From the NCBI RefSeq assembly GCF_006345805.1, contig NC_043012.1, forward strand, positions 27,466,001 to 27,530,000: a DNA stretch of 64,000 nt, written 5' to 3'. Positions 1 through 10,949 of this stretch are shown piece by piece. The translations under genes were made by a program, and so were the position numbers. Below the pieces are notes generated by a model, which worked only from the letters and a program-made list of their open reading frames with translations, searched no databases and was not told the origin of the DNA. Position 1 is the stretch's first letter; every line of letters starts with the position of its first letter. The stretch is from Octopus sinensis (Eukaryota).

Positions 1-262
1 TATATAGCCTTGATTTTTTATCTTATTATGCAAAAAATTCTTATATATATATATATAAATATGCATGTTTGAGTATATAAATAAATGTGTGTGTGTGTAT
101 TTGTGTGCATATTGGGTTGAAGTGATGTATGTGTATTTGAGTGTATCTTGATGCATAACTATACATATTCATCTATGATGTTTATATGAATACAGATATG
201 ATTTTGTACATGTATGTCTGCAGATACACAGGCTCTTGTATATACAAGTTCATGTATATTAG

Positions 263-910
263 ATCACAAAGTTGTTTAAAGTGATGAACCCAATACTCAT
301 CCTGGGTTAGGAAATGTTCAAGGAAACCAGCTGAAACTGCCTCAATGTCAGATTTTCCTCATGATGTGATCAGCTTGGTGTGATTTTGATCAGATGTCAG
401 AAAGACATGGTACCCATGGAGCAGAAACCTTTGTCGTGTCAAATTCATTGTGCAGAATAATCTCAACTAAGGATATGCTAAAAGCATTGGTGATTTGATT
501 TGTAGGCAATTGCCTGTCATTGATCACCATCTGGTGAGCACAATGTTTTTTTTTATGGTGACAGTTACAGGACTCTCCCTTCCCCTCCTAAATTCAGCTG
601 CCTACTTTTGTACTGTTAATAAAGCTGGATTGTCATCCCTTAATGTAGCAACCATGTCAACATGAATGTTCTTGGGGGCTAAACGCTTTTTTCTGCAGGT
701 ACTTGATAACATCATAATGCCCAATTTTGTCCATTTTCAAGAGAAGTCGCTGATAGTTTTGAAGTCTTCTTTGAACAGTCAGATGTCAGTTTACCTGGAA
801 AGAATCAATGCAGTTATTAACGAGAAAGGTTGAAATGAATGCATGCAAGGTTTCACAGCACTAGTACCACTCGTTTCTAGTCGTGCTATGAACTTTTCAG
901 CCCACCCTCA
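263..910 (-). mobile_element. Decayed mariner (Tc1/mariner) transposon, 5' half
   Basis: The minus strand begins TA|TGAGGGTGGGCTGAAAAGTTC (TIR-like, TA at 911-912). Broken frames read KMDKIGHYDVIKYLQKKRLAPKNIHVDMVATL and FLTQDEYWVHHF (first catalytic Asp motif). Many stops and frameshifts. Confidence 0.8.
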
Positions 911-1499
911 TACTTCAACCATGACCCATGATTGGCTGTTTATGTATTTTTAACTACTATTTATTTTGCAACAAAATTATTTTTTCTCTTATTATAAGCA
1001 GAAATGATTTTGTTACCTGGTAGTCATGTACTTGACAATAAGAGTGTCATTATATTATGATGTAATATACATATAATTGATGGATACCTTACACATGTCA
1101 CACTGAACTGTGATAGTCCATTCTTGTTATCTTGTTACATACACATGCACACACATTATATAACTAATATATCTACACACACACACACGATACATTATAT
1201 AGGTTAATCACACAGGTACACACACAAACTTTGCCCAACTCCAGCCTGTTAGCCTTAACTTAAAATAGCCTTTACTTGAAGATTGCTTTGTAATACATTT
1301 ATTTTACCATTTTATGCATTATTATGTTTTTCACCAATACACTTTACTTTTTTCTTTCTTAAATTTGTTTGCCATTATTTTATTTTTACATTACAACACA
1401 GAGATTATAATGTAATAATCTATAATACAAAATACACTAGTACAGTTTAAGAAGGGAAAATTTTTTAAAAAACCATAAAACAAGAGAATTATTTATCAA

Positions 1500-2960
1500 A
1501 CATATTAATAAAAGCAATTGTAGCACTTCTTTTCTGGCTTGCTCAGCAAGTAGGAAAGGACAGAGCCTATGACCATTCCAGAAACTCTGAGACAGGTGAG
1601 AGTGATGCCATTAATGCTCTGCTTGAATTGTTTTGGGCCAGTACCTGCAGGAAAGACATAAGCAGAGAGAAGATTCCAGAGGGCCAATCTTCAGGAGATG
1701 AAGGATTGGGCATAATGTTTAATGTGGGGAAAGACATATTGGATGACCAAGTGTGATGAGAGATGAACAGATGAGTAGTGGAAGTATGAAACCAGCCAGA
1801 TATGAAGAGTAGAGGCCACTACAGTAGTGATAGAAGAGGCACACAGAGAGGGGTGAGCATGCCTGTGGGCTAGAGGCTGGAGTGTGTCTATTAGAGGCAG
1901 ATTGCCAATCCGCCAAGTGACCCTTCTCTGGATGTAATCCAGAATGTTAGTGTATCATCCCAGATGTAGAAGGAGTACTCTATTGCGGGTTTCACATGAG
2001 CCTTGTAGAATGGCAACAACTTTTGGAGGCTGAAATGTCTTCCTGCCCTATAGAGGACTAGTTTTTGTGATGTAGCCCTAAATATGCTAAGTGTGTGCTT
2101 TAGCCAGGAAAGACCATCAGTAATATGTAGACCCAGCATTTTGAACAACTGTGAGAGCTCTGGCTGCCACTCATGTGTAGAGGGGTATGGTGCAGTGGTG
2201 TTTTCTTGATATGAGTAGCATTTGAAATATTTTATTGCTAAAGAGACAAGGTTAGTATAGCTCCACTGGAGGATGGTTTCAAGGTTTCCAGTTATAGTAT
2301 CAATGAAGGTTTGGCATATAGTGTCTAAGTTCTGTGTGGATGATGCATGGTGAGACACAGAGAAGAATGAAGTATTATGTTGTTAGTAAAAGAGCAAGTG
2401 TTGTACGAAGTAATAAACAGGTGGTTAATTATAAAAAGAAGAGAGTGAGGGACAGAAGTGAAACCTGGAGAACATCAGAGTGGATTTAGAAATCAACAAG
2501 TCACAATCTGACAGGAAGCTACCAATCTAAGAGATAAGAAATGGGTGGATTCCATAGGCAGGAAGTTTTGCGTGTCAGACATAGCTGAAAGATTTGCTGA
2601 TGTCTAGAGTAACAAAAATACTTCTGCCAATCTTCTCTAAAATGAGAGTGTACTAGTGACATAAATTTGTCAATGGATCTAATTTTGCAGAAGCCATACT
2701 GGTGTCCCCTGAGAAAAGAAAGCTTCAAAATGATGAAGAACATCATTGTTAATGGTTGTCACGATTACTTTGCTGATATTAGAGCTGAAAGTAATGGGAC
2801 AATAGCTGGCTGGATTAGAGTGGTTAACTTCCACTGGAATGGGTTATGCTGACATTTGCTTTCAAACAGCAGGATATATACCTACAGTGAGTTTAGGGGC
2901 AAGCTCTGGATGCATTAAGTGCAATGGAAGGAGCATTATTAGAGGTAGTGGCCTTTTTGT
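1500..2960 (-). mobile_element. Decayed CR1/Jockey-group LINE (RT and C-terminal region)
   Basis: Fragments HPELAPKL, HQYGFCKIRSID and LGLHITDGLSWLKH...KPAIEYSFYIWD match the RT and post-RT motifs of CR1-group LINEs. Multiple disruptions. Confidence 0.7.
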
Positions 2961-3442
2961 TTCAAATATTTCTTATTCATTGTAATTCTTAACTGCCATA
3001 CAACATTATATTCCTAATGCAGAAATAAGTCTATAATTGAACAGAAAGGTGAGTGTATATGAACAACAAAAACAACAGTTTTCAATGCAGTTCCTTCGAA
3101 ATATAAAAGAAAGGAAGGAAGGAAAAGAAAGGAAGGAAGGAAAAGAGAGAGAGAGAGAGAGAAGATGAATATCAGGTATCTGAAAAATAACACATTCTCT
3201 TAATAGACTTTCACAATAAGCAATAACATACTTAATAAAACATCCACTCACAAATTAACATGCTTTGCAAACTGTTTAGCAATAAAAATTCAAAACTTGA
3301 AAGTATAATATAATGAAAAAGTTTACAACTTAAAATCCAAACTGCAGTTTAATGATTTACAAATTAATTTATATCTGAATGCAGATTCCATATAAGACAT
3401 TTTATGGTTTAAGAAAAATATTTGACATAGAAACATACACAC

Positions 3443-3551
3443 CTTAAACCTAATCTTGTAAGTGATCGTAAATTACCAATAGAAGAAGGTATGTCTAGTA
3501 ATTCATTATGTTGGAGGTCTAAGGAATTCAGCATAACACAATTACCAATTT
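3443..3551 (-). CDS. SHOC2: SHOC2/SUR-8 leucine-rich repeat protein, internal coding exon (109 bp, phase 1 to phase 2)
   Basis: Flanked by ttattttatctag acceptor and gt donor. Translates (E)[35 protein letters not shown](R), closely matching recalled human SHOC2 [37 protein letters not shown]. Phase is compatible with the 5328-5448 exon across a 1776-bp intron. Confidence 0.95.
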
Positions 3552-5327
3552 CTAGATAAAATAAATAAATAAATAATTATAATATAGACATAAATATGAA
3601 AAACAAAATTTAGAAAGCTGTTTTGTACATAAATTAATAAATGCATGTATTGAAGATTTAATGAATGAATGGATAACTATTCTAATTTAAAATAATTTTC
3701 ATTTAGTTAATAAACAATGACAAATATAACAACTCAGTCTGCATGAATTTCCAATCTATATTGTATGTAAAATAACAATTTTCATTACATTATTTAAATC
3801 ATTTTATCTATTTTTCAACTTTTCAAACAATGCATTTATGAGGAAATAATCTTCAGATTAGTTTATTTAAGCTACATAAAGCATAAGAGAATGAAAGATC
3901 AGCTTAAAGGCTAAAGTTCAGGTTCACTGAGAAAAACTGTAAACTATAAAATATTTCCTGTCACTATATATTGTAATATGTACAATACACCTGATGTATA
4001 TTTATGTTTGAATGACTTCTACATCAAATTAACGGTGACAATGATTAAAAGGTTTGAATGAAGCAAATAATAAATCTAAAGTAAATGTAAATTTTAAGAA
4101 ATCAGCTTCTCATTCCTAATTTGTACATGACCGTCAATGGTGGGGTGTGAAAATGAGACGGAGGAACCAGATTGAATAACATAAAGCTAGATAGGAATCA
4201 GGGAAAGGTCAAAACTAGATGATATAAAAAGAATTATCAAAAGAACATGATTGAAATAGATGCCATTTTGGCTATATGGCTATATATATATATATATATA
4301 TATATATAAGAATGTTAGATCACGATTCATTAAATTTTGAAAATAGCTAAGAGTTTTTTCAACTCAATATTTACATACTATTATGTAGAGTTTTATATGT
4401 GCTTTGAGATCCAGTTCCAAAAGAGAATTAAATCTTCTCTTGAAAGCTTATAAACTCTTATGATGTCAAGAAATATATTTGTCTTTAATGAATTTCAAAA
4501 TTTTGTACTCGATATTCATTCTAGTTTTGTTAATTTCATATGAGACCTCCTTCTTACATTTATAATTTAATTCCTTTAACTGTAAATTTATCTTTCTGAC
4601 AGAGATAAGGAGAAATGTTATTTTTTATATATTAATATTTGAACCTACTCATTAGAGGAAACAGTTCATAACACTTGCATTCTTTTTGGCATCAGCAAAT
4701 AAGTGTTTCTTTAAGTTCACATTTTTCTCTAAAGCATGAATTCATACTCTTTGATTCATATAATTAAACACTTTACACATCACATCCACTTGCTATATTT
4801 CTAAGTTTTTAGTGTGATAAACTAATATAGTCTAAACCTTTATGTACACTTTCTTTATTTCACAAATGAAGTCATGGTTTCAGTAAATTATTCCTGAAGA
4901 TCATCCTATTTCTTAATCTCAAAGCTATTAGATATTATTAAAATAAATTCAAAATCCCTTCTTGTATTATTTTTTTATCATCTTTACTTTATTGCTTGCT
5001 AAACTCTTGAAAACTGATAAAATATCAACATTTATAACTAATTAAAATCATCAATTTCTAGTAAAAAAAAAAAAATTACAGAATGTTCCACTTTTGAATA
5101 AATATATCTCACTAACCAATTATATTTAAAAGAATATTCAGGACAGCAATTATCAATATTCTTTCTCCCTGCCAACATTGGAAAGCCTTAGAAAATTTAG
5201 ACAACTGCATACTGATGGAATGTTTCTTTTTTTTTTTTTTTCTACTGTACAACTGAACTCAAAATCTAGCACAATAATCTGAAAACCACTAAATTTATAT
5301 ATGTAAACAAGCAAAGTAATAACTTAC

Positions 5328-5448
5328 CTTCAGGAAGATGTTCAAGATGATTATGTGAAATATCAAAAGTAACAAGGTTTACAAGATTTCCCACACCTTT
5401 CGGAAGTTCCTTGATTTTATTTTCTCTTAAACTAAACATGGCTAAATT
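5328..5448 (-). CDS. SHOC2: SHOC2/SUR-8 internal coding exon (121 bp, phase 0 to phase 1)
   Basis: Acceptor gtttcattttag and donor gtaagt. Translates [40 protein letters not shown], matching recalled SHOC2 [40 protein letters not shown]. Too short to appear in the ORF track. Confidence 0.95.
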
Positions 5449-5689
5449 CTAAAATGAAACAAATACCTAACAATTAAATATCAAAACACATGTATAATGT
5501 AAATTCTTATTTTAAATTAATAAGATATTTAATAAAAAAAAATGTCAACACATATATTTGCAACTATTTTGCCATGCATTCATTTCATAGTTAAAATTTT
5601 CAGTTATCCATTCAATGAATTTACACATCCAAATCAAAATGAACCAAACCTAACAACTACACTGATAAAATATCAAAGTGTGAAAATGC

Positions 5690-5755
5690 TTGTTCGACTA
5701 AAGGCATTGCCCTAGCATGGCCGCAGTCAAATGAGTGAAATGTATAAAAGAGTAA
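5690..5755 (+). mobile_element. 3' tail fragment of the tRNA-derived SINE family seen at 19849
   Basis: ttcgactaaaggc...agcatggccgcagtcaaatga matches the 3' end of 19849-20263. Confidence 0.55.
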
Positions 5756-7039
5756 AAAAAAAAAAAAAGTAGTACCATGATTGTTTAGACAATGAAGACA
5801 CTTCTAATAAGATGCAAACATAGACTTAACAGAATAGTAGATAGAGACAAACTATTCAAAATCCTTTTACTTAACATGGAAAGAGCTTTGTAAGGCACAT
5901 CTAGACTTAAAACAGATAACCAAAGAATAACTTTATACAAAAACAAATATTCAAACCTAAAGGCATATTACAAAACTCATGCATTTAAGGGGTGTTTTTT
6001 TTTTTTTTTTTTCATAAATTGGGACAGGCATAGTCATTATCATGGCATAGTACAGGTACATTCTCAATTTTCCATATTATTGGTTCTAAAGCTCTGACAG
6101 ATTAATTGCTTTGCCATGGTCACATAATAATTCATCAATACACCTCTATCCAACTTATAGAGTAATTACTAATCATACTACACAGCTTATGTACTGAAAC
6201 ACCACTGATTATTTTTATCAATAGTTCTACTTTAACCTGGATTGATATGGAATGGTGTTCACATTTGACACTACCACTGACAATGTCGGTTTTCTTACCT
6301 GCAGTAGCCATAGCTAAGGATCACTTTAAGTTAAATAAGCTGAGAATCTCTGAGTGTTACTACTAACAATTGCAGTGTAAATAATACATGTGTAAATATG
6401 GTACATACAATGGAGTGAACTAGACTGGCAGTCACAGGAATTTCAAGTTATCCCTTGTAATTATCCAAATTAAAGGTGCTGGACCATCAGCTACAGGAAA
6501 ATCATTGGGGTATCTGTATCAGGAACAGAACTACAAAACTTCATTTTCCAAATACTAAATCTCATTTTACACACCTTTCCCCCTTTGTTACTTCCCAATA
6601 AGTATCTATAAAAAAATATAGTGGCTTGTACTGCAAAAAGACATTTCATTTAGGAGGGCATCAATTCAGAATTAAAGAAATATATTTAAAATCTCAAAAT
6701 TAGTAATATTGCAGCTAGGAGAAACAAACCCAACCAGCTCATTGTCATCATCATCATTGTTATCATTTAACATCCTCCATGGAGTAGGAATAGAAGGACA
6801 GGAATAGGTGCTTTGCAGTAGTGGAGATATGAAGCTACCACATTTCGAAAGAGAGGAGAGAAAGAAAATGAAGATCTGATGGAAAGTGGGTAGAAGCAGA
6901 CTCAAGTTACAGAATAGGGTGAGTGGGTGGGTAAGTTTGTGAGACTGGGAAAGTGTGAGAGTGGGAGATAGAGGAGAGGAAATATAATGAGTGGACACAA
7001 GGGTGTTAGGAGGATATGTTGTGAGGAAGATTTGACAAG

Positions 7040-7750
7040 GCCTTTGTCATGGACAGCAACAGAGAGCCAATGTAAAATTTTGCATTAAACTTGTGAAGTC
7101 TGCTACAGAGAAATTGAGCTTCGGCAAGTTTATGGTGATGAGGTAATGAGTCTTACACAATGTTTTGAGTGGCATGGGTGCTTCAAAAGTGGAAGAACAT
7201 TGACAGGAAGAGGATGAGAGATCTAGGTGACCTTCCACGAGTGTCACACCGTGAAATGTGGTATTGAGCATCAAGAATTCATCCCCCAGGGCTAGACCAT
7301 CAATCGAGAGTTCTCCTGTGACATTATGAAGCATGTAAGGGAGGACATTTGGTGAAAACAACTGGATCTGTGAAGCATGAAGAATTGGATTCTTCACAAT
7401 GACAATGCACCCTGTTACCGAGCTCTCCTCAATCAAGAGTTTTTCACCAAGAGCAACATGGTATCACTTGCACACATGCCCCATTTGCCAGATTTAGCAC
7501 CTGTGAACTTCCATCTCTTCCCCAAAATGCAGCTCAAAGGTCACTGTTGTCGAGATCCAGAGCAGATCACAAAAGGTCCTCGACCCACAGAAAACAACTT
7601 CCAGGCTGGATTCCAAAAGTGGCAGGAATGCTAGCACCAGTGTACTGCTGTGCAAGGTGACTATTTAGAAGGAGATGATGTTAAAACTTAGGGAATTAAG
7701 TTATTTTTTATTAAACACAACTTGTCTGGGAACCTTTTGATACCACCTCA
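7040..7750 (+). mobile_element. Internally deleted, decayed mariner transposon
   Basis: Reads QRANVKFCIKLVKSATE, TQCFEWHGCFKSGRT, then jumps to NWILHNDNAP...HMPHLPDLAPVNFHLFPKM (decayed HHDNAP and YSPDLAP motifs). Ends in a TIR-like cttttgataccacctca followed by TA. Confidence 0.85.
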
Positions 7751-8955
7751 TATATGGAATCAAACCAGATGGACTTACTCTATTTTTTTTTGTTATTTCC
7801 CTTTCTCTTCCTAATGCCTGTGTGTCTGTTTGTTTTTCTTTCTTTCACTCCAACCTTCCTATATATGTCAATATTTCTTTTTCATGATGTGTTGTCTTCT
7901 AAGAGAAACTTAAACTATATCGATGGTAATACAATTTTTGAATTCCTAGCGTTATGTTCTGTTATTGACAAATTCAAATTATGGATCTGAGTGGTTTTCA
8001 TCACTGTTTATAATTTTGTTCCAGTTGTTTTCAAATTTGGTGTATGGACTAAGTTTTGTACAACAATTATGAAAATGAAATTCATTTTTTCAATAAATTC
8101 ATAACTAAAACGTTGTTAGCCTTTAAAATTAGCAATATTTGGATATTTTAGCCAATCAGAAGCAAGTATTTAACACATCACCGTGGTGAAAAACAGTTTC
8201 CATAGTAACCAAAGATACTGCGCATGTGCACAAGGAGAAGAAGGAGATACAAGAAAGATAATCTTCTACTATAATGATACTTTTGTGTTTTTCTCTGTCA
8301 CAACATGTGAATGAGAAAGGAAGGGAGATAGATGAATAAGGAAGGAAGGAGTGATGGCAAACTGGTAGTGGGAGCATTTCAACTCTGTGTGAGTATATCA
8401 GTATGTAAAAGGGAGGTATGTGAATGTTTGTGTGCTGTGTAGCAAACTTTCATTTTTGAAAGCAACACTTGGTTTGTTTGTTTGTTTGTTCGTAGCTTTT
8501 AACTATTTAATTTGCTCATGAATGTTCTAATGTTAACTTCGTTCGTGTATATTTTAATGTTTTGATTGTTATTTCTATCAATGTTTTGACATGCTGATGC
8601 CCACCCCCATTGATGATGGAAGAGGTAGCAAACACACTGTTTTCGGATTGGCTGAAAATTCTGAAAATTATCAAAACACCTGTTACATTTTTGAAAAATT
8701 TTTCTGCAATAAATGAATAACAAATTTGAATTCAGTGTCAAAAATTACATCTGCATGATGCATTAAAAAAAAACTTTTTTAAAGATAATTGAAAACAGTG
8801 ACGAAAACCACAAAGATACCAAGTCATCCATAGTTTGATCATTTCAGTTTAGAAAATCTTGTTTACTTTTTATTCTTCACTAGCAGAATTGCCTGGCGTT
8901 GCTCGGGGCTGAATTGCTTGAAAGTACTGTTAATGATTGCACTGAATTATGATGA

Positions 8956-9477
8956 TTATTCAGGCAAATATTGATATAAGTTTACGCTGGGAGATAAGGA
9001 CTTAACGATAAAACGTGTGCCATTGCATTGTTTTGGGGGAACCAAATTTCTGATGAGCATTATAGGGGCACCAACTTTAAGTTTGAGAAAGTGTGGTGGT
9101 AGTCCGGGGTGCTCAAAGGAATTGAGTACCTCTATTGGATAGTTGATGACGTCCTCTGGGTCAGGAGTTGTATCGATAGACTGATATACATAGACTTCCC
9201 CAGGAATGAGTTTTAGCATTTCATCATTAATATGGTGAACAGTTTTATTCCTCAGGGTCAGTATAGCCTTTTTGCCAATCCAATCCATATTCTGATAATT
9301 AGTTTGTAGATCTGGGAACACTGCATCTCTGAGATCAGAAGGCGTCTTAACAATGGTACAAATGGAATCGATGGCAATATTACCATTTTCATCCCCTGGT
9401 ATTTTGCCTTCGCCAAGTGCAAGGAGGGTGTGAGGAAATGCTGCTGATGTGATATTACGTCGCATATGAGCACGCAT
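8956..9477 (-). pseudogene. PIF1-family helicase fragment of Helitron RepHel
   Basis: 173-aa ORF with AILTLRNKTV and PGLPPHFLKLKVGAPIMLIRNLVPPKQCNGTRFIV, typical of Helitron PIF1 helicase. No Walker A and no Rep domain. Confidence 0.85.
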
Positions 9478-9724
9478 ATTGGTGTGAAGTTTGAGAGTTA
9501 CTTCCCTTTATTAAAAAAAATATGCATTAAAATGGAAAAAAATGATGGTAAATTATTTGTAAAATCATAGACTCATCATAGACGCGCGCTAATACCCAGA
9601 AGGGCTCGATATGAATCACGACTATAAGATACCCGGTTTTGGTTAAACTGCATTGCAAAATGTGGGAGTAGTTAGGAATCTAAATCGGAGTAGACAGACA
9701 CACAACCTTTCTTTTATATATAAA

Positions 9725-10237
9725 TATTTTCGTCCTAAAAAATTTTGTATGGATTGAATGGTTACCTCTATGGAAATATATACACGCACATTATACATAC
9801 GTGTGTATAGATGAATATATAAATACATTTAAATATCTATATACACTTTTGGGCGATCTTTCTTTTTCTTAGAGATAACTTTAGATCTTATATTCGTCCT
9901 AAAAAACTTTGTATGGAGTGAAAGGTTACCTCTATGGAAATATATACACACACATTATACATACATCTGTGTATAGATGAATATATAAATACATTTAAAT
10001 ATCTATATACACTTTTGGGCGATCTTTCTGTTTCTTAGAGATAACTTTAGATCTTATTTTCGTCCTAAAAAACTTTGTATGGAGTGAAAGGTTACCGCTA
10101 TGGAAATATATACACACACATTATACATACATCTGTGTATAGATGAATATATAAATACATTTAAATATCTATATACACTTTTGGGCGATCTTTCTGCTAC
10201 TTGGATATAGGTCTTATATTCGTCCTAAAAAACTTTC
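9725..10237. repeat. About 3.1 tandem copies of a 160-166 bp unit inside the Helitron
   Basis: cgtcctaaaaaa recurs at 9731, 9895, 10061 and 10221 with near-identical intervening sequence. Confidence 0.95.
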
Positions 10238-10949
10238 CTGTCACACACTCACGCACACGCACACACGTTAGCTTACAATTTTATTTATATATTTGCGTGT
10301 CTATGTGTGTAAAGTGGAAGTGGGAATGTAGAGTGAAATAGTCACTCACTACAGAAAGTGAATTAGTTTCACTTTATTCGTTGCACACTGTGTGTGTGCG
10401 TTTGCGTGTGCTGTATCCCACACTAAGAGAAGCATTTGACTCATACACCACAATGTGAGTTTTCTCTAAATTTTGCTTAATTGGGGTTGAAATTTTAAAA
10501 AGTGGACCTGTCACGACCCGATGCATTCTACTCTTAAAAATGCTAGGTAAATTGTAATTGAAGAAATCCTATATTGTAGATTTCTATAAGATACAAAGGG
10601 AGGCAGATAAAATCTGCCTTTTATAATAAGAGATTCTAGTTTGTGTCATAAAAGCAAACAAAAACCTTCTGTTTTAGTTTGCATTTTATTGTTATAAAAT
10701 GCACATATAAGTGTGTGTATGTTAGCATGAATGTATTTGCATATATGTATATACCTCTGTTATATATGTGGATATATATATATATATTCTTAAAGTTTGG
10801 GGATAGACCTGATGGTATGCCATTTAAAGCACATTCATTGTATTCAGCTACCAGCTGTCATCAACAGCATGGATATAAGTTCCACTAGCTTTACTTCAGG
10901 AATTCCTTCATGTCTATCAAGTTTATAACATATGAGAGAAAGAGAGAAT

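Larger units (their letters stand above)
8880..10633 (-). mobile_element. Non-autonomous composite Helitron
   Basis: Minus strand starts A|TCTCTTATTATAAAAGG (10633) and ends ...ccgagcaacgccaggcaattctgCTAG|T (8880). This gives TC...CTAG termini, A/T insertion site and a GC-rich subterminal motif. Carries a helicase fragment and a tandem array. Confidence 0.75.
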
